Positions 19,742 to 29,042 of a stretch of 64,000 nucleotides of DNA are shown here, piece by piece. Made by a program: the position numbers and the translations under genes. The stretch is from an uncultured Kiloniellaceae bacterium (GTDB lineage Bacteria; Pseudomonadota; Alphaproteobacteria; Kiloniellales; Kiloniellaceae). The DNA is taken from assembly GCA_947500035.1 (NCBI GenBank), contig CANMQP010000004.1:158071-222070 (forward strand), written 5' to 3'. The notes beneath the pieces are model-generated. The model worked only from the letters and a program-made list of their open reading frames with translations, made no database searches and was not told the origin of the DNA. Each line of letters starts with the position of its first letter. Positions within the stretch are counted from its first letter, which is position 1.

Positions 19742-20734
19742 ATGACTGATAAATCCGCTTCGCCCACCTTTGCATCACAAGCCGACCTGCAGGAAAAGAA
19801 AATCACCTTCACCGAGCTGGCCGAGGGCGTCTACGCCTACACCGCCGAGGGCGACCCCAACTCGGGCGTGGTCATCGGCGACGACAGCGTGATGGTGATG
19901 GATGCCCAGGCCACCCCGGTCCAGGCCCAGTCCCTGATCAACTGTATTCGGGGCGTCACCGACAAGCCGATCAAGCACGTGGTGCTCAGCCACTATCATG
20001 CCGTGCGCGTCATGGGCGCCTCGGCCTACGGCGCGCAGGAAATCATTGCGAGCCAGGGCACCTACGACCTGATCGTCGAGCGCGGCGCGCAGGATTTCAA
20101 ATCGGAAGTCCAGCGCTTCCCGCGCCTCTTCGAGTCCGTCGAATCCGTGCCCGGCCTGACCTGGCCGACCATGACCTTCGAAAGCGAGATGACGCTGCAC
20201 CTGGGTAAGCGCGAAGTGCAGCTGAAACACATCGGACGCGGCCACACCAAGGGCGACATCATCGCCTGGCTGCCCGAAGACAAGATCTGCTTCTCCGGCG
20301 ATCTGGTCGAGTTCGGCGCGACGCCCTACACCGGCGACGCCTACCTGACCGACTGGCCGACCACTCTCGCCAACCTGCGCAAGTTCGATGCGCAAAAGCT
20401 GATCCCCGGCCGGGGCGACGCGCTGGAGACGCCCGAAGACGTGGCCAAGGCCATCGACGGCACCCAGGCCTTCCTGAGCGATATGTTCGAGGCCGTCAAA
20501 CAGGGCGTGGCCGACAAGAAGGAGCTGAACGCCGTCTACGCCGAGACCTTCGCCAAGCTGTCGGAAAAATACGGCGAGTGGGTGATCTTCGAGCACTGCA
20601 TGCCCTTCGACGTCACCCGCGCCTTCGACGAAGCCCAGGGCATCACCGACCCGCGCATCTGGACGGCGGAACGGGATATCGAAATGTGGGCCGCGCTCGA
20701 GAGGGATAAGGAAGTTAAGTTTGCGGAGGCGTAG
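19742..20734 (+). CDS. MBL-fold metallo-hydrolase
   Basis: HYHAVR / GRGHTKGD / GDLVEFGATPYTGD, spaced as in a metallo-beta-lactamase fold. Confidence 0.72.
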   Translation: MTDKSASPTFASQADLQEKKITFTELAEGVYAYTAEGDPNSGVVIGDDSVMVMDAQATPVQAQSLINCIRGVTDKPIKHVVLSHYHAVRVMGASAYGAQEIIASQGTYDLIVERGAQDFKSEVQRFPRLFESVESVPGLTWPTMTFESEMTLHLGKREVQLKHIGRGHTKGDIIAWLPEDKICFSGDLVEFGATPYTGDAYLTDWPTTLANLRKFDAQKLIPGRGDALETPEDVAKAIDGTQAFLSDMFEAVKQGVADKKELNAVYAETFAKLSEKYGEWVIFEHCMPFDVTRAFDEAQGITDPRIWTAERDIEMWAALERDKEVKFAEA

Positions 20735-20768
20735 TTGATCTAGACCAGCTAACGCTGGTGCGGTGCCG

Positions 20769-20832
20769 GCCCACTCCCCCTCCCGACCACCCACATGATA
20801 ATTCCGATGGGTGGTCGGGAGGGGGAGTGGGC
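20769..20832. repeat. 25-bp perfect inverted repeat hairpin (REP-like or terminator) downstream of the MBL gene
   Basis: gcccactccccctcccgaccaccca - 14-nt loop - tgggtggtcgggagggggagtgggc. A second short hairpin follows (gtttcgcc gcaa ggcgaaac). Confidence 0.55.
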
Positions 20833-20963
20833 TGGAGCCGGTTTCGCCGCAAGGCGAAACTTAATCAAACCAAACCTGGCACCGAACCAAAACAAAAAAG
20901 CTCGGCGGAAAGATCGAGCGGGTAACGAAAAAACAAAGACTCCGTATTAGGGAGACACCCTTT

Positions 20964-22685
20964 ATGACCCAGGGTTCCGAAAACACAACAGCAACCGACT
21001 TCAACTATCAGCCCTCACCGGATCAGTCCGCCGCGACGCCGGTGCGCCATCCGGTGGTGATCATCGGCGCGGGGCCGGTGGGGCTGGCTGCCGCGCTCGA
21101 CCTCGCGCAGCGTGGCCGCAAGGTGGTGGTGCTGGACGACGACAACACGGTCAGTACCGGGTCGCGCGCGATCTGCTGGGCGAAGCGGTCGCTGGAGATC
21201 ATGGACCGGCTGGGCGTCGGGGATGCGCTGGTGGAAAAGGGCGTGACCTGGAAAAAGGGCAAGGTCTTCTTCGGTGAGGAACAGCTCTATGCCTTCGACC
21301 TGCTGCCGGAAGAAGGCCACCGCATGCCCGCCTTCATCAATCTGCAGCAGTACCACTTCGAAGCCTTCACCGTCCGCGAAGTCCTGAAGCATCCCGAGAT
21401 CGACCTGCGCTGGAACAACCGACTCGTCGGTGTCGACAACAAAAAAGATGGCGTCACACTCACCCTGGAGACCCCGGACGGCGAATACCGTCTGACCGCC
21501 GACTACATGCTGGCCGCCGACGGCGCGCGCAGCACCACCCGCCGCCTGCTGGGCCTGGACTTCAAGGGCCAGGTCTTCAAGGACCGCTTCCTGATCGCCG
21601 ACGTGATCATGAAGGCCGACTTCCCGACCGAGCGCTGGTTCTGGTTCGACCCGCCCTTCAACAAGGGCCAGTCCGCCCTGCTGCACAAACAGCCCGACGA
21701 CGTCTGGCGCATCGACCTGCAGCTCGGCTGGGACGCCGACCCGGAGGAAGAACGCAAACCCGAAAAGGTCATCCCGCGCCTGAAGGCCATGCTGGGCGAC
21801 GAAGTGGAGTTCGAGCTGGAGTGGGTCAGCGTCTACACCTTCCAGTGCCGCCGCCTGGAGCAGTTCCGCCACGGCCGCATCTTCTTCATCGGCGATTCCG
21901 CCCACCAGGTCTCCCCCTTCGGCGCCCGCGGCGCCAACAGCGGCCTGCAGGACATCGATAACCTGGCGTGGAAACTGGATCTGGTGCTGGAGGGAAAAGC
22001 CCCCGAAAGCCTGCTCGAAAGCTACCACGAAGAACGCGCCACCGCCGCCGACGAAAACATCCTGAACTCCACTCGCAGCACCGATTTCATCACCCCCAAG
22101 AGCGACGCCAGCCGCGCGTTTCGGGATGCTGTCCTGGATCTGGCGCAGGATCATGATTTCGCGCGGCGGCTGGTGAACAGCGGGCGGCTGTCTTTGCCCT
22201 CGACCTACAGCGAGTCCGCCCTGAACTCCCCCGACAGCCCGGGCTTCATCGGCCAGATGGTCCCGGGCGCGCCCTGCGCCGACGCGCCGGTGACCACGGC
22301 GGAGGGCCAGGAAAGCTGGCTGCTGCACCACCTGGGCGGCGACTTTGTTGGCCTCTACTTCGCCCGCAGCGACGAAACGGCAGAAAGCCTCGCCCAGCTG
22401 CGCGAGAGCCTCGCGGCGCTGGAGGTGCCGGTGCGGTTGGTGTCCATCTTCCCGCCCGGCAGCGATGCCCCGGCGGGTGCCCTGATCGACAGTGCGCAAC
22501 TGATGGCCGAAGCCCGCTACGACGCCCGCCCCGGCAGCTTCTATCTCATCCGCCCCGACCAGCACGTCACCGCCCGCTGGCGCGAAGCCGACCCGCAGGC
22601 GATTAGGGGGGCGTTGCATCGGGCATTGGGGAGAGGTCTGGCGGCTGTGGACACCGAGACGAAAAAGGAAGGAACCGCCGCATGA
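20964..22685 (+). CDS. FAD-dependent aromatic-ring monooxygenase (PheA/TfdB/MhpA family, with C-terminal thioredoxin-like domain)
   Basis: GxGxxG FAD fold (VVIIGAGPVGLAAALDLAQRG), a DG motif (ADGARS), and GDSAHQVSPFGARGANSGLQD. 573 aa. Confidence 0.85.
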   Translation: MTQGSENTTATDFNYQPSPDQSAATPVRHPVVIIGAGPVGLAAALDLAQRGRKVVVLDDDNTVSTGSRAICWAKRSLEIMDRLGVGDALVEKGVTWKKGKVFFGEEQLYAFDLLPEEGHRMPAFINLQQYHFEAFTVREVLKHPEIDLRWNNRLVGVDNKKDGVTLTLETPDGEYRLTADYMLAADGARSTTRRLLGLDFKGQVFKDRFLIADVIMKADFPTERWFWFDPPFNKGQSALLHKQPDDVWRIDLQLGWDADPEEERKPEKVIPRLKAMLGDEVEFELEWVSVYTFQCRRLEQFRHGRIFFIGDSAHQVSPFGARGANSGLQDIDNLAWKLDLVLEGKAPESLLESYHEERATAADENILNSTRSTDFITPKSDASRAFRDAVLDLAQDHDFARRLVNSGRLSLPSTYSESALNSPDSPGFIGQMVPGAPCADAPVTTAEGQESWLLHHLGGDFVGLYFARSDETAESLAQLRESLAALEVPVRLVSIFPPGSDAPAGALIDSAQLMAEARYDARPGSFYLIRPDQHVTARWREADPQAIRGALHRALGRGLAAVDTETKKEGTAA

Positions 22686-22879
22686 GCACGCAATTGAAGA
22701 ACGACGCCCGCCTCGCCCGTCCGGACGACATCTATCAGGTCCTGATCGATGCGCATCGTGATTTATCGGCTGACCAGAGCCAAGCCTTTAACAGCCGATT
22801 GGTGCTGCTGCTGGCAAATCATATCGGGGATGACGGGGTAATTGTGGAAGCCGTCGAGGCGGCGGGGAAGGGTTTGTAA
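22682..22879 (+). CDS. DUF2783-like small protein (65 aa), coupled to the monooxygenase
   Basis: ATGA start/stop overlap with the upstream gene. The size and position are typical for this partner protein. Confidence 0.6.
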   Translation: MSTQLKNDARLARPDDIYQVLIDAHRDLSADQSQAFNSRLVLLLANHIGDDGVIVEAVEAAGKGL

Positions 22880-23190
22880 GGGATAAAGGAAGACTGATTC
22901 GGGGGAACACGTCCCCCCCGCGCCCCCTTAAACTATCTGTAACATATCAACGCACAGCAAATTATGACTTAACCCCAGTCACTTCTTGGGGTTTTACTCC
23001 AACCGCAGGAATTAATTTTGTTCAGCACATTGCCGAACCAATCTACACAGATCGTAGCGTAGCACTGCACAATTTTCGCCATATGAATATGCGTTTTCAT
23101 TTACGCAACTTTGCGTGATAATAACAATCATAGCACCACCCAAGGGATGTACCCTCGATTGCGAGCGCTTGCTCCGAAAAAGGCGTCTGA

Positions 23191-23910
23191 ATGGCAAAAT
23201 ACAGCGGACCGGATGACTACTCTTGGCTTCCTGACAACCCTGAGCTTGGATTTGCGCACCTCCAAAGACAGAGATACGAAAAGCTCCGGGACTACTCGAC
23301 CCGCACAGTAGCCGATAGTAGCTACGACGCTCGCAGTTACGTCAATGAACTGATTGCCTATGACGAAGAACATCAATTAGGCATCTTGCCAGAATCGAAT
23401 TCAATTCCCTATGACGAACAGGGTTTTGAAGAGTTTTTCGACTTCTTTCGCAGCGCCGCAGAAATGGCGGCTACTAAGTTCTTACTTCGAGAGGCTCGGC
23501 GAAAGAATATAGATGCAGGAAATACTGTCCTACTTGATGCGTCTGCTCGGCTTGCCATTCGCAAGTTTATAGACGCCATAAAAACCAAACTTGACGAATT
23601 AGATATACCAGCCAGCAAGCGGGAGGCTTTGTTTAACAGACTCAATGCTTTCTTGTCAGAAGTAGATCGTGACCGAACGCAATTAGAGGCATGGTATGCG
23701 TTTGCCGTTGAAAGCGCACGCGCCGCCAAAGAAGCAGGCACCGAGTTCGCTTCGATCCAAAAAATAATAGATCGCATTTGCGACACTGTTGATAAGGCCG
23801 AACGAATTGTAGATCGTCTCACTTCTCCACAAAAGCGGTCACAGATTGAAGCCCCACCCAAACGGATCACAAACCAAGAATCTGATTTAGATGACGAGCT
23901 TCCCTTCTAA
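23191..23910 (+). CDS. Hypothetical alpha-helical protein (first gene of the AT-rich island)
   Basis: A 239-aa ORF in low-GC DNA with no recognisable motif. It is 113 bp upstream of the ATPase gene on the same strand. Confidence 0.5.
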   Translation: MAKYSGPDDYSWLPDNPELGFAHLQRQRYEKLRDYSTRTVADSSYDARSYVNELIAYDEEHQLGILPESNSIPYDEQGFEEFFDFFRSAAEMAATKFLLREARRKNIDAGNTVLLDASARLAIRKFIDAIKTKLDELDIPASKREALFNRLNAFLSEVDRDRTQLEAWYAFAVESARAAKEAGTEFASIQKIIDRICDTVDKAERIVDRLTSPQKRSQIEAPPKRITNQESDLDDELPF

Positions 23911-24023
23911 TGTGAGCGAGAAATCGGCGAGTGAATAAATGTCATAGCTATTTTGTCATGCAAAGGTACCACCGCTGAATATGGTTTCTAAAACCAAGTG
24001 ATTATTGTGAACATCTACCGAGG

Positions 24024-25574
24024 ATGCATTTCTTGTTGTTCAATATAATAAATCGAGCGGCAATCGTACCGAGTTCCGGCAAAAACCAAGTCTACCTCAA
24101 GATAGATCGTTGGAATGACTACTCCTTTGTCACAATGTTTTATGCTTCTGTTTTCGACGAAAATGGCAAATTTCACGAACTGGGGAATGTCAAAATTGGA
24201 TTTGTGGGCCAGACAAAAGAAGAAGAAACTCATTCGAAGCTAGAACCCCAGTTCGAGAATCTATCCGATATCTACTTTTCCCTTGGAACGGATACAGGAT
24301 ATTACAAGAAACTAGGCAATGAAATGTCGAGAGACTTCGCTGAACAATACTTGAATGCTCTCAATGACATAGTACATGATTCAAGAAATCTGGAGCGGGC
24401 CTCGGGTCAAAATGTATTGAAAACATCCCTCTTGAGAGATGTGAGCATATCCACAATTGAGGGGCAATACAGCAGAGTGCTTAGTGGAGGCGTCCCACTA
24501 ACAAATTTCAACTTCACATTCAAACATCCTCAAGAAGAAAATTTTGCTGAAATTGATCTTCGTTTCGATGTGGAGGCAAGCTCCAAACCTAGCACGAACA
24601 TTCATGCAATTATTGGAAGGAATGGCGCTGGAAAAACGACATTACTTAATCGAATGATTGAAGCTATTACAAATCCCAACGAATCGAAGGGAAATTTTTA
24701 TAGACAGAATACGATTCTTGGACCTCAAAGCATTGGGCCAAACTATTTCAGTAATCTCGTATCAATTTCGTTCAGCGCGTTCGATCCTTTTAGCCCGCCC
24801 GTTGAACAAAACGATCCAGAGATTGGAACATGCTACTACTACATAGGCTTAAAAGATTGCAGTGATGAATCTGGAACTCTACTTAAACCTCTAAGCGATT
24901 TACACGAAGAGTTCATAAAAGGCCTCAGCGAATGCTTTATCTCAACAGGCAAGCGCGAGCGATGGCTTGCTGCAATATCAACGCTAGAGTCTGATGAGAA
25001 TTTTGCAGAAATGAGGCTCTCGGAGCTAAGTAATTTCTCTCGAAGACAGCTCAAAGAAAAAGCTCGTTTTCTTGTAAGAAGCATGAGTTCAGGGCATGCA
25101 ATAGTCCTTTTGACCATCACGAAATTAGTGGCCAAAGTTGAAGAAAAAACACTGGTATTGCTAGACGAGCCAGAGAGTCACCTCCACCCACCACTACTTT
25201 CTGCGCTGACGCGCGCTCTGAGTGAACTTTTGTTCAATCGAAATGGCGTAGCCATTATTGCAACACACTCACCAGTTGTTCTGCAAGAACTACCAAAGTC
25301 ATGCGTCTGGAAAATCACAAGGTCTCGTCTTTCTCTCTCCTCGCAGCGCCCAGAAATTGAAACATTTGGCGAAAATGTCGGAACACTAACTCGCGAAGTT
25401 TTCGGCCTTGAAGTAGTGAAATCGGGTTATCACACCGTATTGGCAAAAGAAGTCCAACGTGGCCTCACTTATGATGAGATAGTAACAAACTTTGGTGAGC
25501 GATTAGGCTTTGAAGCTAAGGCCATACTAAGAGCGATGGTCACCGAACGTGACGCACGGGACCTCGACGCATGA
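24024..25574 (+). CDS. ABC/AAA_21-type ATPase with an extra N-terminal domain (PtuA-like; putative defence-system ATPase)
   Basis: Walker A (GRNGAGKTT, around residue 200) and Walker B (LVLLDEPESHLHP) are separated by an insert of about 180 aa. A candidate H-loop (ATHSP) is present. A domain of about 190 aa precedes the Walker A. Low GC. Confidence 0.78.
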   Translation: MHFLLFNIINRAAIVPSSGKNQVYLKIDRWNDYSFVTMFYASVFDENGKFHELGNVKIGFVGQTKEEETHSKLEPQFENLSDIYFSLGTDTGYYKKLGNEMSRDFAEQYLNALNDIVHDSRNLERASGQNVLKTSLLRDVSISTIEGQYSRVLSGGVPLTNFNFTFKHPQEENFAEIDLRFDVEASSKPSTNIHAIIGRNGAGKTTLLNRMIEAITNPNESKGNFYRQNTILGPQSIGPNYFSNLVSISFSAFDPFSPPVEQNDPEIGTCYYYIGLKDCSDESGTLLKPLSDLHEEFIKGLSECFISTGKRERWLAAISTLESDENFAEMRLSELSNFSRRQLKEKARFLVRSMSSGHAIVLLTITKLVAKVEEKTLVLLDEPESHLHPPLLSALTRALSELLFNRNGVAIIATHSPVVLQELPKSCVWKITRSRLSLSSQRPEIETFGENVGTLTREVFGLEVVKSGYHTVLAKEVQRGLTYDEIVTNFGERLGFEAKAILRAMVTERDARDLDA

Positions 25575-26425
25575 AGCAATTGCCCCTACCTGCATTCGAC
25601 CCGATTGAAGTCTTCTTGGAGTGTGTTGCTGACGTCAAAGATGAGACTCTACAAAATCGGTACATTGAAAACCAAGGTCATATTGAAGAAGCGATAGCAG
25701 TTTTCACCACTGAGGCCGCAAACCATACTTTGTGCAAGCTGCCTAGAGTACCACGTGGTCAAAACAATCGCATCGTAGCAGGTACCTTATCTAAAAACGA
25801 TCTCACTAAGCTATATTCGAAATACATGGTCGGCTCTACAGGTTCGGCTAGAACGATCTATGACGACATCTTTGTCACTGCCAATGGGAAATGTCCTTTT
25901 TGTGGTGGTATCGGCCATGTAAAGACACTTGACCACTATCTGCCAAAGGCCAATTTCCCACTTTACTCAGTCTTACCTGCAAACCTTGTGCCCTGTTGTC
26001 GTGATTGCAACACTGGCTTAGGCGCCACGTTTGCAACTGCTCCCGAGGAACAGACGATTCATCCGTATTTTGACGAAGATCACTTCTTCTCTGAACGATG
26101 GGTTGTAGCAACCATTATGCAAACAGACCCGGTCACTGCGCAATTTAAAGCAGAACCTCCAGTTGGATGGGACCAGATAGATAAGCAAAGAGCAGAAAGC
26201 CATTTTCAAGAGTACGACTTGCCAGCCAGATTCAGTGTTGAGGCCGCAGCCGAAATAGCGATGCTGACTGATCTTAGGCGAACAGCTCTGAGAGACATGC
26301 CAGCTGATACATTTAGCAATATCCTACGAGGCAATGCCAACAGTGGGACACTTCCAATAAATGGCTGGAAAAGAACGACGTATTCGGCGCTAGCCGATGT
26401 TCATTGGTTTTGCGCCGAAATCTAA
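25571..26425 (+). CDS. HNH endonuclease (PtuB-like)
   Basis: CPFCGG ... HVKTLDHYLPKA ... NLVPCCRDCN is a Cys4 zinc finger around an HNH catalytic core. It overlaps the ATPase gene by 4 nt (ATGA), so the two are probably translationally coupled. Confidence 0.75.
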   Translation: MKQLPLPAFDPIEVFLECVADVKDETLQNRYIENQGHIEEAIAVFTTEAANHTLCKLPRVPRGQNNRIVAGTLSKNDLTKLYSKYMVGSTGSARTIYDDIFVTANGKCPFCGGIGHVKTLDHYLPKANFPLYSVLPANLVPCCRDCNTGLGATFATAPEEQTIHPYFDEDHFFSERWVVATIMQTDPVTAQFKAEPPVGWDQIDKQRAESHFQEYDLPARFSVEAAAEIAMLTDLRRTALRDMPADTFSNILRGNANSGTLPINGWKRTTYSALADVHWFCAEI

Positions 26426-26565
26426 TTATTGTGGTCATGTGATCGGGGTCAGTTTGAGCTCTCTTCCCTTTTCGAAGAAGCAAAATCGCTCCGGCACCAA
26501 AGCGGGAGGGGGCTGCATAACCAGCATAGCTAACGGCACCACCCATCAGTTAACCTCCCCCGCCT

Positions 26566-27447
26566 ATGCAGAACCTTTCCGACAATGTCCGCGGCGCGCT
26601 CTTCATGTCCATTTCCATGGCGGGCTTTGCGCTGAACGACGCGACCATCAAGCTGATCTCGGGGGAACTGGGTTTCTATCAGATCATCTTCCTGCGCGGC
26701 ATCTTCGCGACGCTGCTGATCGGCCTGCTCGTGCGGCAGCGGGGCGCGCTTTTCTATCTGCCGTCCCGCCGCGACGCCGGGATCATGGCGGTGCGGGCGG
26801 CGGCGGAGGTCGGCGGCACGCTCTGTTTCCTGACCGCGCTCTTCAACATGCCGATCGCCAATGCCACGGCCATCCTGCAGGCCCTGCCCCTGGCCGTTAC
26901 CCTGGCCGCCGCGCTTTTCATGGGCGAAAAGGTCGGCTGGCGGCGCTATACGGCGATCGCGGTGGGCTTTACCGGCGTGCTGATCATCGTGCGCCCGGGT
27001 GGTGAGGGTTTCAACGCCTATGCGCTCTGGGCCGTGGCGGCGGTCGGCTTCATCGTGCTGCGGGACCTCACGACCCGGCGCCTTTCGGCGGGCATTCCCT
27101 CGGCCTATGTCGCGCTCAGTTCCTCCCTCGTCCTCACCGCGGTCGGCGGCCTGCTCGCCCTGACCGTGCCCTGGCCGCCGGTCAGCGCCAGCGCCCTGGC
27201 GATGCTGGCGGGTGCGGCGGGCTTCCTCTTCTTCGGCTACCTCTTTGCCGTGATGACCATGCGGGTGGGCGAGGTCAGCTTCGTCTCTCCCTTCCGCTAC
27301 TCCGTGCTGATCTGGGCGATCCTGCTGGGCCTGCTGCTGTTCGGCGAGGTGCCCGACGGCTGGACCCTCTTCGGCAGCCTCGTCGTCGTCGGCATGGGGA
27401 TCTATAGCTTCTACCGCGAGCGGCGGGTGAAGGAAGAGAGTTCGTAA
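26566..27447 (+). CDS. EamA/DMT-family transporter
   Basis: A 10-TM protein with duplicated EamA domains. Confidence 0.8.
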   Translation: MQNLSDNVRGALFMSISMAGFALNDATIKLISGELGFYQIIFLRGIFATLLIGLLVRQRGALFYLPSRRDAGIMAVRAAAEVGGTLCFLTALFNMPIANATAILQALPLAVTLAAALFMGEKVGWRRYTAIAVGFTGVLIIVRPGGEGFNAYALWAVAAVGFIVLRDLTTRRLSAGIPSAYVALSSSLVLTAVGGLLALTVPWPPVSASALAMLAGAAGFLFFGYLFAVMTMRVGEVSFVSPFRYSVLIWAILLGLLLFGEVPDGWTLFGSLVVVGMGIYSFYRERRVKEESS

Positions 27448-27522
27448 CTTCGATGGGGGGCGGGATCGGGTCGCCGGTTACCGAGGCCTATCGTTGACGA
27501 GCATCAGGTTTTCGACTGAGTC

Positions 27523-28449
27523 TCAAGTCCCCTCCCCGGCCTCCGGGCGCGCGGTGCGGGCTTCTTCGAGCAGCCAGTTGCGAAAGGCCATGACCTTGGG
27601 CAGCTCGGCGCTGTCATTCGTGCTCAGCAGATAGTAGGCGAAGCTGAGCGGCGTGCTGAGGCTGGGGTCGAAGGGGCGCAGGAGGCGGCCGGCGGCGAGG
27701 TGGTCGGCCACCAGGATGTCGCCGACCAATGCCACACCCTGGCCGTCGAGCGCAGCCTGCACCGCCATGTTCTCCTGGGTGAAGTGCGGCCCGCGCGTCG
27801 GGTCGATGTCGGGCAGGCCGGCGGCGAGCAGCCACATGCGCCAGCTCGCCTCGGCGTCTTTCCAGACGATATGCAGCAGGGTGTGGTCGCGCAGGTCTTC
27901 AGGTTTGTGCAAGGGGGCTGCACCGCGCAAGAGTGCCGGGCTGCAGACCGGTGTGTTGGCCTGGCTGAACAGCCGGTCGACCCGCACCCCGTCGTAACCG
28001 CCGGGACCGTAGCGCAGCGCCACGTCGGCGTCGCCGCGCGTCAGGTCAACCCGGCGGTCGGTGCCGTCGATGCGGGTCTCGATCTCCGGGTGACGCGCCC
28101 GAAAGCGCTCGAGCCGGGGCACCAGCCACATGGCGCCGAAGGAGGGGCTGACGCTGATGGTCAAGAGCCCGCTCTCGCTGTGGGCACGGATCTGCTCGAC
28201 CGCCTGGGACAGCTTTTCAAAGCCCTGGCTGAGGATCGGCAGGGCCGCCTGACCGGCATCGGTCAGGCGCAGCGCCCGCGGCAGGCGACGGAACAGAGGC
28301 ACGCCGAGCTGGTCCTCGAGCGCCTTGATCTGATGGCTGATCGCAGCCGGCGTGACGTTCAGCTCCGCCGCCGCCCTGGTGAAGCTGAGGTGCCGGGCGG
28401 CCGTTTCAAAAGCCCGAAGCGCGTTCAGGGGCGGCAGCGGTCGCGTCAT
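27523..28449 (-). CDS. LysR-family transcriptional regulator (GcvA-like)
   Basis: N-terminal LNALRAFETAARHLSFTRAAAELNVTPAAISHQIKALE. Confidence 0.85.
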   Translation of the reverse strand: MTRPLPPLNALRAFETAARHLSFTRAAAELNVTPAAISHQIKALEDQLGVPLFRRLPRALRLTDAGQAALPILSQGFEKLSQAVEQIRAHSESGLLTISVSPSFGAMWLVPRLERFRARHPEIETRIDGTDRRVDLTRGDADVALRYGPGGYDGVRVDRLFSQANTPVCSPALLRGAAPLHKPEDLRDHTLLHIVWKDAEASWRMWLLAAGLPDIDPTRGPHFTQENMAVQAALDGQGVALVGDILVADHLAAGRLLRPFDPSLSTPLSFAYYLLSTNDSAELPKVMAFRNWLLEEARTARPEAGEGT

Positions 28450-28838
28450 TCTCTAGATCTCTGCCCAGGTCTGTGTCTCTGCCCAGGTCTGCATCTGGGT
28501 ATATAGTTTAGGTTTTCTAACAGATAAGCGCAGATCTTCTCGTTTGCCGGAGATCATGGATATTCCTATCTTTCGGTCAATTCAAGGCCCAATCAAGCCA
28601 AGACAAGGTGCAACACCGGCTGCCTGTTAGGTCAAATATATCTAAACGCCGATATCTCGGCGCAGGGTCAAACCGGAACCCGATGGAGGACTCCATGAAC
28701 CCCACCTGTGAGCTTCCCAGTCCGGACAGGTGTTTCCGGGAGAGACCTGCAGAGCGCCCAGAATCGGCGGACCCGGGATCGGCACATTTGGAATCGGCGC
28801 ACCTGGAACTGGCGTATCTGGAAGCCCTGCTGCAGCGG

Positions 28839-29042
28839 ATGATCGGCGGGATCGTCCGCTGGCGCAGGCGGCGCGCCGCGATCTGCGCGCTCCGGTCCTT
28901 GAACGACCACAGTCTGGCGGATATCGGGCTGGAGCGCGTCCAGACCGTCTGGACGCTGGAAGCGATGATCCGCGAGAGGCCCAGCGGCGCAGGAGGCGCG
29001 ATCATCAAGGGCAAGACCCAGAGCCGCGGCCGGCAGGGATGA
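28839..29042 (+). CDS. DUF1127 small protein
   Basis: ICALRSLNDHSLADIGLER matches the DUF1127 core. The longer ORF-track version is probably an over-extension. Confidence 0.55.
   Translation: MIGGIVRWRRRRAAICALRSLNDHSLADIGLERVQTVWTLEAMIRERPSGAGGAIIKGKTQSRGRQG

Noticed and set aside
21015-22619. 534-aa minus-strand ORF
   Set aside because: Antisense to the FAD monooxygenase, which has clear FAD motifs. It is a shadow ORF.
28453-28500. 15-bp direct repeat (tctctgcccaggtctg, twice) in the LysR / DUF1127 intergenic region
   Set aside because: A short duplication. It is plausibly part of the LysR-regulated promoter, but too small to interpret.
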